Origin: an uncultured Gemmatimonadales bacterium
GTDB taxonomy: Bacteria > Gemmatimonadota > Gemmatimonadetes > Gemmatimonadales > GWC2-71-9
Reading direction: 5' to 3'
Length of the DNA stretch: 64,000 nt
Assembly (NCBI GenBank): GCA_963833905.1
Contig: CAWHZQ010000009.1
Coordinates: 90,292 to 154,291 of the forward strand
Made by a program: the position numbers and the translations under genes. Of the stretch, positions 10,264 to 18,226 are shown in pieces (within the stretch, counting starts at the first letter, position 1; the number at the start of each line of letters is the position of its first letter). Under the pieces are notes generated by a model. The model did not search any database and was not told the origin of the DNA. It worked only from the letters and a program-made list of their open reading frames with translations.

Positions 10264-11918
10264 TCATCCCAGCGCCACCGGCTCGCCCGGCAGCGCCTGC
10301 ACGGGATAGTTGTCGAACGACACCGAGGAATAGGCGTCGAAATGGCGCCGCACGTCGGCCAGCACCGCGTCGTCGTATCCCGGCGCCACTCGCAGCCGGC
10401 GGCCCGCCGGCGCGCGGCGGAGCTGGCCTTCCTCGACGATCAGCACGCCGTCCTTGATGACATAGCGCGGCGTCGAGAACATCTTCGCCAGGTCGGGGTC
10501 GCGGCTGTAGATGGTGACGTCCGCGTCGGCGCCGGCGCCGAGGTGCCCCTTGTGCGCGAGACCGAGCAGGCGGGCGGGGCCGGCGCGGGTGATGATCGCG
10601 ATCTCGTTCAGCGTGTACTCGCGGGCGATCCCGTCGGCCAGCGCGCTCCCGGCCAGGAGCTTGGCATTGACCCGCTTGAGCTGGTCGTCCCGCACGGCGC
10701 GGTCCATGAGGAGCTGGATCAGCGCGGGATACGACAGGAACGAGCCGCCGTTCGGGATGATCGGTCGAGAGCACGACCCGCCACGGATCGGCGCTCAGCA
10801 GGAACAGCTCGAGCCCCACCGCCCACTGCAGCGAGCTCACCGCGGCCTTGTCCTTGTAGTTCAGAGGGACGATGCCGCAGCCGGTCTCCAGCTCGATGTC
10901 GATGTTGGTCCACCGGCGGCCGCTGCTCTTGTGGAGCAGGTACTCGACCGGGGCATCGGCGGTGATCGTCATCGCCGGGCCGAACATCACCTGGCCCACG
11001 TCGGTGCTCACCTCGGGGTGGGCGTTGACGTACTCGATCACCTTGGCCGCGGCCGAGCTCCACGGCTGGCCGCTGCCGCCGCCGTAGCAATGGAACTGCA
11101 GGTGGGTGAAGTGGGCGCGGCGGCCGGCCAGCGCCTCCATGCTCGCGAGCGTCGTGGTGTAGTTGCCCGCCATCCCCAGATTGTTGCAGTGGATGTGGAT
11201 CGGGTGCGGCAGCCGGAGCGCGTTGACCGCGTCGGCCAGGGTCTCGAGAATCGCGCGCGGCGTCACCCGCCGGCCGGCGACCGAGTCGTCGAGACCGCGT
11301 CACGTTCCGCTGCCCGTCTTCCAGGCCTCGACGCCGCCGGGATTCACGATCTTCACCGCGTAGGCGCCGGTCGACTGCAGCAGCCAGGCGGCATAGTCGC
11401 GCGCGCGGTCGCGCTCGCCGGCCTCGATCTGGCGGAGGAGGTACTCGTCGTTCCCCATCAGCACGAAGATGCCGCCGTCGACGCACGGCGTGTCGTCGAG
11501 CTCGCTGTGGCTGTGCCGGGCCATGAGCGGGGCGACGGCCGCGTCGAAGGCGGTCGTGTACCCCAGCCCCGCGTAGCGGTAGCCGGTGGTGAACGTGCTC
11601 GGGACCGAGCCGCCGGTCCCCGAGCGCGCGGGTTGCTCGTCGTCCGGAAGCTGGGGCGCCGGCGCCGGATCGGCCGCGTGCTCGTCGGGAATCATGCGGC
11701 GCGCGTGGTTGCAGCTCGAGCTGGCGAAGTGCGCGTGGATGTCCACCCCGCCGGGCATGACCACCATGCCCGCGCGCGTCGAGCGTCGGCGCGCCGGCGG
11801 GCAGGCGCTCGACGATGCGACCGCCCTCGATGCAGATGTCCCGGACCTCGCCGTCGACTCCGTTGGCCGGATCGTGGACGGTGCCGCCCGTGATCCGGAG
11901 CCGCTCCGGGGCGCTCAT
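10264..11918 (-). CDS. fhcA: Formyltransferase/hydrolase complex subunit A (FwdA-like amidohydrolase), about 3 apparent frameshifts
   Basis: MSAPERLRITGGTVHDPANG (start 11918, ATGA overlap with the inferred fhcB stop), MPGGVDIHAHF (11300-11767), PIHIHCNNLG...HLQFHCYGG (10253-11266), and the C-terminal piece ending at 10264 (10264-10707). Confidence 0.85.
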
Positions 11919-13197
11919 CCCGTCCTCCCGGTGCCGCGCGCGCGAACCGCGCCGAGCAGCGCGGCCAGCGTGTCCGCCGCCGAGCGCGCGCCAGCCGAGC
12001 GGCGGACGCAGCGGCAGCGGCACCTCGTCCATGCGGTACGCCGTGCCACCCTCGTGAATGCCGGCGACGCCGGTATCGATCGCGACCCGGACGGGGAACG
12101 GCGCTTCGCTCGCCCGCGGGCCGATCGCGATCACCGGCGATCGCGAGCCGGCTCCTGCCAGCGCGTCCGCCGAGTGCCGCCGCCGAGCCCGCGACCAGGA
12201 CCGCGCCCGCGCCGCCCGCGCCCAGCTCGGCGAGCCCTCGGCTGGCCGGCAGGTACCGCGGGTAGCCGCCACGGTAGCTCACCGCCATGGGATAGCCCGT
12301 CTGCCAGGTGAGCGCCGCCTCCGCGCCGGAGCGATTCCCGCCGGCCCTGAGCGTACTGAGCGCCGCGCGCGTCCGCCCGTTGAGCGCCTGCGTCAGCGCG
12401 ATGAGCCCTTCGGCGCGGTACGCGTCGCGCTCGGGCTCCTCGCCTGGCTCGCCGTCGTGCACCAGCACCGCGTAGGCCGCTGTCGTGAGCCGGGTGGCCG
12501 CGTCCGCGGCCGCCTGGAGCGCGGGCGGCAGCTCGCCGAGCGCATTGCCGAGCGCGACCGCCCGCATGACCGACAGCGCGGCGATCTCCTGGTCCGGCGC
12601 GAGCGCGAGCTCGGACTCCGCCCCGGCCGGCCCGCGATCCCGCCCGATGCTCACCGAGATCACCGTCCGCCCGGCCCGGCCGCCCGGCACGTGCGTGCCC
12701 ACCGGGTCGAGCGCGTAGCGCGACAGAAAGCGGGGATATCGCGGCGCCGGATCGACGCCCCAGAAGAGCAGCACGTCCGCACGGTTCCGCACCTCGCCCA
12801 GGGTGGCCGCGGCCCGGCCGCGCCGCTGCGCCGCGAGGAGGCCGGCCGCCGCGGGCTCGGAGGTGGCGGTATCGACGGTCGCGCGGAGCACGTCGGCCAC
12901 GGCAAGCGCGGCGCGTTGCGCCTGCGTGCTCAGGTCCGGTGCCAGCAGCACGAGCACGCCGCCCTTGGCGCCGGCCAGCGTCTCGGCGGCATCGGTGAGC
13001 GCGGCCTCGAGGGAGGCCTCGGCACCGCCGCGGAGAATGCGCCCGGGCACGCGACCGTCGCCGAACCAGGTGCGTCCCACCGGGCAGGGCGGGCTGATTT
13101 CCGTGATGCGGCCGTCGGCCACCTGGACGGTGAGATCGTCGCAGGCGCAGCCGCAGCCGAGGCAGGTCACGAGCGACGCGCCGCTCGCGGGGCTCAC
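11915..13197 (-). CDS. fhcB: Formyltransferase/hydrolase complex subunit B (FwdB-like), about 2 apparent frameshifts
   Basis: GTG start at 13197 (GTGA overlap with the upstream stop) gives VSPASGASLVTCLGCGCACDDLTV. The body is in the 11692-13884 frame, then VIAIGPRASEAPFPVRVAIDTGVAGIHEGGTAYRMDEVPLPL in the 10719-12272 frame. The stop at 11915 appears only after one more frame change. Confidence 0.8.
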
Positions 13198-14351
13198 GCG
13201 GCCCCCCGCGCGCGCGGCTCGACCGCGCGGTAGATCGCCGCCGCCCCGGCGACGAGCGCACGGAGGCAGCGTTCGGCATCGGGGCCGTCGGCGAGCAGAG
13301 TACAGATCGGATGTCCGCGGCCGATCCGCTCGCCGAGGTGCGGGACATCGGCGATGGCCGGCACCCGCCAGGCGGCCGGATCGCTCACGACGACGTCCCG
13401 GCGGGCATAGACGATCGCCTTGCCGTGCACGCGCGGCGGGAGGTGCTGGGACTCGGGCAGGCGACCCCCGCAAGCGCCCGCGTGAATGGCGAACAGCGAG
13501 GACCCGGTGGCCCGCTCCACGAGCTCCATGGAGGCAGAGTAGCGCGGGTTCACCTCGATCGGCAGCGGCACGCCGTCCCGCGCGACGAAGTCGAGTCCGT
13601 TGAGTCCCCGGAGGCCGAACGCTTCCGTCACCGCGTCCGCCAGCGCCGTCGCACGGACCAGCAGCTCCGCCTGCCGCGGGAAGAGCGGCGCCCGCTCGGA
13701 CGCGAGCAGGCTGCCGCAGTACCGAAAGCCATGCGCGCCGAAGCTGCGCTCGCCCACGAGCTGCCGCGAGAGACCGAGCGCGACGGCGCGCCGGCCGTCC
13801 GCGGCGAAGACGATCGATCCGGTGAGGCCGCGGATCCGCTCCTGCACGTATGCCCGGCGCGAGACCGGACGCCCGATCGTCCACGGCGTGGTACCGTGGC
13901 CGCCACCCGAGCGCCGCGGCTTCAGCAGCCAGCGTTCCGGCTCGCGCGTGGCCGGCGGCGCGCTCGCGCGGGTCGCCGGGACTGCAAAGCCGCGTTGCCG
14001 CAGCACCCGCGTGAGAGTGATGGGATTCCGGACCTGCGAGAGGACGGCCGGCGGGTTGCCGAGCAGCAGCCGCCCGCGGGCCAGCGTGGACACGGCCTCC
14101 GGATAGTTCTCGAAGTTGGACGTATACGCGACTGCGTCGGCCGTCACGGCGCGGGCCGCGGCCGCCGCGGCCGCTGGCGTAAAGCGCACGGCACCGTCGG
14201 GGCAGACCGGGAGCACCTCGGCCACCTCGCGAAGGTCCGCGTCGCCGAACGCGTCGACCGCCGTGACCCGGTAGCCCGCGCGGGCGGCGGAGACCGCGAG
14301 CGCCCGGGTCGACACGCCGGCGATGAGCACGTGCGGCCGCCGCTCAGCCAT
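13194..14351 (-). CDS. ATP-grasp protein (carboligase-like) of methanopterin/methanofuran islands
   Basis: Intact 385-aa ORF with HVLIAGVSTRALAVSAARAG, WLLKPRRSGGGHG and LDFVARDGVPLPIEVNPRYSASMELVE. Confidence 0.7.
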   Translation of the reverse strand: MAERRPHVLIAGVSTRALAVSAARAGYRVTAVDAFGDADLREVAEVLPVCPDGAVRFTPAAAAAAARAVTADAVAYTSNFENYPEAVSTLARGRLLLGNPPAVLSQVRNPITLTRVLRQRGFAVPATRASAPPATREPERWLLKPRRSGGGHGTTPWTIGRPVSRRAYVQERIRGLTGSIVFAADGRRAVALGLSRQLVGERSFGAHGFRYCGSLLASERAPLFPRQAELLVRATALADAVTEAFGLRGLNGLDFVARDGVPLPIEVNPRYSASMELVERATGSSLFAIHAGACGGRLPESQHLPPRVHGKAIVYARRDVVVSDPAAWRVPAIADVPHLGERIGRGHPICTLLADGPDAERCLRALVAGAAAIYRAVEPRARGAA

Positions 14352-15397
14352 CGCGCAGACCGAGCCGGCGGCGCGCGGCCGCGGGTGTGATGACGTGCAG
14401 ATGGTCCAGCACCGTTCCCGTCGCCTCCCGAATCCTGAGCCGATTCACCAGATCCCGACGCGTGCCACCGGCCAGGCCGTCCGCCACCAGCGCCGCCCCC
14501 TGGGCGCCCTGCTTGGCGCGCGAGGCGAAGCCCGCGAGCATCCGGACCTCGCCGAGCTCGGCGAGCGCGGCCACGCAGGGCGTCGCGCACGGCGGGCTCC
14601 GAGGTCATCCGCCCGGAGAGGACGATCTCGTCGGCACGGGGCGCCGCGCTTCGGAGCTGGCGGGCCGCGCGGGCGGCGCCTTCGATGTAGGCCTCGCGCG
14701 CCACATCCGCGAGCGCCGGGTCGTGTCCGATCACGCTGTCGACGCCCCCGGTGAACAGCATCGCCTTGGTCACCGCGCCGGCGAGGAACGCCACCTCGCC
14801 GTCGAGCGCGCCGCCGGCGCGCCAGCCGATCGGTCCGCTGCTTCCGCCGAGCCCGTCGACGATCTGGCCGCGCTCGACCGCGACTCCCGCGGTGAAGGCA
14901 CCCCCCAGCTCGAGCAGCACGAGCGACACATCGGCCGGCTCCCGCTCGCGACGGCTGCCCTGGTCCGCGATCGCCAGCGCCGCGGCGCACACCTTGTCCG
15001 CGGTGCCCAGGTCGACCCGGTTGAGCTTCCGATGGCGCGGCACCGTGTCGAGATGGATCACGCCGGGGGTGAACCAGAGCGGCACGCCCGCCGCGTCGAG
15101 CTGGCGCGCGAGCGACCGCAGCCCGCCGATGCCGCCGGTCTCGCCCGGCGGCGCCAGGAACGCGAGCCGAAGCTCCTCGTCGCTGACGTCGCGGGCCGGA
15201 CGGAGCGGCAGGCCATACCCCGACGGACCGACCACCAGATCGACCGGTCCCGCGCTCAGCAACGCGTCCAGCAGCGGTCGCGGGTCCGCCAGGAGCTCGG
15301 CCGTCGGCCACGTCGCGTCGAGGAAGAGCCGGCCGTCATCCAGGCCGCAGACGTCGACGCTCAGCGTGCCGGGATCGATCCCCGCGACGCGCGGCAC
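14344..15397 (-). CDS. DUF1464-like ASKHA-fold protein (butyrate-kinase-like), 1 apparent frameshift
   Basis: MPRVAGIDPGTLSVDVCGLDDG in ORF 14144-15397. The C-terminal piece is ORF 14344-14574 and the frame changes near 14580. It overlaps the downstream ATP-grasp start by 8 nt. Confidence 0.6.
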
Positions 15398-15401
15398 CGG
15401 G

Positions 15402-16277
15402 CTACCCCTTCTTCGCCGTCACCATTCCCCGCGCCACATCGGCGATCGCCTCGGCGTCGAGCACCAGATCGTTCCGCGTGAACAGCTTCGTGACGCAGGC
15501 CTTGTGCAGCTTGGTCTTGAAGTTGCCCACGCCGAACGCGCCATAGACCACGACGCCCTCGCGCCGCTCGCCGGCATCGTTGACCTCGACGCCCTCGATG
15601 CCGAGCGGGGGCACGGCGTTCAGGTCGACGGCCATCTTGAGCGTCTTCACCGCCGTCCACGCCGAGCGAGGCACCATCTGCACTCCGGCGGGGCCGGAGT
15701 TGAGCAGGATCTCCACGCCGTCCAGCACCCGGGGCAGCCCGGAGGGGTCGGCCAGCGCGACTGCCTCGACCTCGACGTCGAATCGGGCGCCGATGAACTG
15801 GCGCGCCTTGTCGCCCTGCTCGGGCTTCCGCGAGGTGATGGTGACGTGCGCGCCATCCTTGGCCAGCAGGCCAGCCGCGCGCTGCCCTACCGGCCCCGTG
15901 CCGGCCAGGATGACGACCTTCTTGCCTCGGAGGTCGCCCAGCGTCTCCTCGATCTTCACGACGGCGGCCACCGCGGTGGTGTTCGATCCGTTGGAGTCGA
16001 GCATGATGGAGACCGAGAACGGCGCGAAGAGCGCGTCCTGCGCCATGGCGAGGAGCTGCTCGCCCGCCGACATGTTGTTGCCGCCGATCCAGACGGCGGT
16101 GTTCTTCAGGTCCTTGGGTCCGCGGGTGAAGATGCAGCCGTGGATGAGATCGCGAACGTCACCCTCGGTGATCCCTCCGTAGCTCATGATGTCGTCCGCG
16201 CCCGCGTCGTAGGCCACGACCTGGTCGAACACGCTGGGCAGCCGGGAGCTGTCGAGCTGAAGCAGGAGCTTACGCAT
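15402..16277 (-). CDS. mtdA: NAD(P)-dependent methylene-H4MPT (or H4F) dehydrogenase, MtdA/MtdC-like
   Basis: Intact ORF 15402-16289. From the second Met, MRKLLLQLDSSRLPSVFDQVVAYDAGAD and SIMLDSNGSNTTAVAAV match my recollection of MtdA-clade sequences better than MtdB. Substrate specificity cannot be called from sequence alone. Confidence 0.85.
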   Translation of the reverse strand: MRKLLLQLDSSRLPSVFDQVVAYDAGADDIMSYGGITEGDVRDLIHGCIFTRGPKDLKNTAVWIGGNNMSAGEQLLAMAQDALFAPFSVSIMLDSNGSNTTAVAAVVKIEETLGDLRGKKVVILAGTGPVGQRAAGLLAKDGAHVTITSRKPEQGDKARQFIGARFDVEVEAVALADPSGLPRVLDGVEILLNSGPAGVQMVPRSAWTAVKTLKMAVDLNAVPPLGIEGVEVNDAGERREGVVVYGAFGVGNFKTKLHKACVTKLFTRNDLVLDAEAIADVARGMVTAKKG

Positions 16278-16315
16278 TGCCGAAACCATCTCCCCGGATG
16301 AGAGGACCGCACGTC

Positions 16316-16359
16316 ATCGAAAAATAGGAGGGGCGCCCCGACCACGGGCCGCCCCTCCT
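16316..16359 (-). terminator. Rho-independent terminator or attenuator between fae and mtdA
   Basis: Perfect 10-bp GC-rich stem (AGGAGGGGCG 16326-16335 / CGCCCCTCCT 16350-16359) with a 14-nt loop. On the minus strand it is followed by the run ATTTTTC, about 30 nt after the fae stop. Confidence 0.65.
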
Positions 16360-16388
16360 TGAGACACCGGAACCGCGGGACTGTACGA

Positions 16389-16901
16389 TCAGCCCTCGGC
16401 GCCGCTGGCAAACGGGTGCCGCGCGGCCTTGTACTTCGACAGCACCTCGTCGACGGTCGGCGTGCCCTTGAGCGCGCGGGCGATCGACTCCTTCACCGCC
16501 GTGTAGTTGAACTGGTAGATCTTCTTGTCGTCTTCGGCCTGCCAGTGAATGAACACGCCCACCAGGATGACCAGATCGTTGGCCTGGGTCTTGGAGATGA
16601 CGCCTTCGCTCACCGAGTCCATGACCGCGCGGGCCACGGCCGCCTGCGCCGGGCCGAACATCTGCACGGCCTGCTTGGCGCCCTTGATGGTGACCTTGTT
16701 GAAGAGCAGCGTGTCGGGCTTGCAGGGGAGGTTGGGCGTGACGACGGCGAGCAGCGTCGTGAAGCCGTCGGTGTTACGGGAGAGCGCCTGCGTGAAAGCG
16801 GCGCCTGCCGGTCCGGTCTTCGACCCGATGATCAGATCGATGTGCGCGATCTCGTTGCCGTCGCCGACGAGCGATTCACCGATTGAGAAATCCGCGGCCA
16901 T
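16389..16901 (-). CDS. fae: Formaldehyde-activating enzyme
   Basis: From the internal Met of ORF 16389-17072: [33 protein letters not shown]...[37 protein letters not shown]...VGVFIHW, collinear with Fae. GGAGG Shine-Dalgarno sequence upstream. Confidence 0.95.
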   Translation of the reverse strand: MAADFSIGESLVGDGNEIAHIDLIIGSKTGPAGAAFTQALSRNTDGFTTLLAVVTPNLPCKPDTLLFNKVTIKGAKQAVQMFGPAQAAVARAVMDSVSEGVISKTQANDLVILVGVFIHWQAEDDKKIYQFNYTAVKESIARALKGTPTVDEVLSKYKAARHPFASGAEG

Positions 16902-17337
16902 ACCTGCCTCCGTGTGCGATTTGGTGAAGAGCGAAAGGATTTGCCGAAACATACGCAGCTCGACCTGGGCGAAAGTGAGCCGGCATTGGAGCGACGTGGA
17001 GGAGTGAGGCCACGCAATCCCGCCGAAGCGGGTAGCCCGAACTTGGCGACACAAGCCGTGCGCAGAGGCCACTAGTATGGACGCGCCCTATATACCTGTC
17101 AAGGAGTCGGCCACCTCGGCAGTGCCGGTATCGTGGTGGTTGCGAGCACGCTCGGTTTCGGCTTATATTCGGTATTCACAATTGATGCTATAAGTCATTC
17201 ATGAGCAAGCGCTTAACTCAAAAACCCCCAGTGCGGCCACCGCGCCAGGCCGGTCCGGTCCGCCAGGGTCGCCGGTCGCTCGCCCCAATCGCTTTCACAG
17301 CTTCCTGCGCCGCCTGAGCGCCGGAGGCCGGAGCAAC

Positions 17338-17622
17338 ATGTACGGGGCAATTCCCTATCTCATGCAGGCCTTCGCGCTCGACCGGGAGACCGCGTTTCGC
17401 GTCGTGTGCGAGTGGGTGGATCAGCAGCAAGCCGAGGCGCCGGCGCGGTCCGAGGACACGTCCCCAGCGCCGGTAACGCGGCCGGCATCCGCGTCTGTGC
17501 CGGAGGACGGACCCTGCCGGCGTCTCATGTACGGCGGCAAGCCCCGCAACGAGTTACGCGCTGGCACGACCCTCGCACTTTGGCGGGCCGCAGGTTTCCC
17601 GTTTCCAGTCGAGGCCATATGA
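17338..17622 (+). CDS. Hypothetical small protein (94 aa)
   Basis: ORF with a GGAG Shine-Dalgarno sequence upstream. Its stop forms an ATGA overlap with the start of the next gene (17619), which suggests translational coupling. I do not recognise a family. Confidence 0.4.
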   Translation: MYGAIPYLMQAFALDRETAFRVVCEWVDQQQAEAPARSEDTSPAPVTRPASASVPEDGPCRRLMYGGKPRNELRAGTTLALWRAAGFPFPVEAI

Positions 17623-18087
17623 AGACCAGCATCATCGCGGGGTCGTTGCTGACCGCCCTCACGCTCACCGTGCCGCTGCAGGCTCAGCAGGTCGCGGCCG
17701 ACGTGGTGCTGCGAAGCGGTCCAGTCGCGGGGCATGTCGTCATCGGTAACGGTTATTCCACCTATCGCCGGCCGGTGGTGTATCGGGCGCCGGCGCGCGT
17801 GATCGTGGTCGAGCGGGTGCTGCGTGACATCGTCGAGCGCGTGGCACGTCGGCTCGCTGCAACTGGCGGCAGCAGGGGTATCGGCAGGTGGTCGTCTTCT
17901 ACCGGGACGGGCGCTATTACGACCGGTACGTGCGCGGCTGGCCGGAGATGCGCGAGGTGGTGGTGTACGAGCGGAACGGCCGGCTGTATCGCGCGTGGGA
18001 TGACGACCGCGACCGTCACACGACCATGACCGTCACTACGACCGCGACCGTCATCACGATCGACACGATCGCGACTGGGACGACTGA
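17619..18087 (+). CDS. Secreted hypothetical protein with His/Asp/Arg-rich C-terminal tail, 2 apparent frameshifts
   Basis: Signal peptide MKTSIIAGSLLTALTLTVPLQAQQ (17406 frame), YRQVVVFYRDGRYYDRYVRGWPEMREVVVYERNGRLYRAWDDDRDRH (17888 frame), then HDHDRHYDRDRHHDRHDRDWDD-stop in the third frame (TGA 18085-18087). Confidence 0.4.
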
Positions 18088-18226
18088 CCTGACCGCGCGC
18101 CTTCCGGCGCCTGATCGCCCAGATCCAGGTCGGTTGCACCACCAGATATCCCCGCCCTCGGCGGGGATATTTGCTTAGCGCACACGCCTGATTTGCGTTC
18201 GGCCCCCGCCCGGCCTTCATTCCCTC

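Noticed and set aside
11915-12060. Apparent in-frame fusion of FhcB to FhcA (ORF 10719-12272 reads through).
   Set aside because: A one-nucleotide frame change near 11990 yields a normal FhcB C-terminus ending in a TGA that overlaps the fhcA ATG (ATGA). That matches the other junctions in the operon, so the fusion is probably an indel artefact.
17157-17172. TTCGG-N6-TTCGG direct repeat upstream of fae that resembles the putative SOS boxes.
   Set aside because: It shares only the TTCGG half-sites. The tetrads read TTTC and ATTC instead of GTTC, the spacer is unrelated, and the neighbouring genes have no DNA-damage function. I treat it as a possible unrelated promoter-region repeat.
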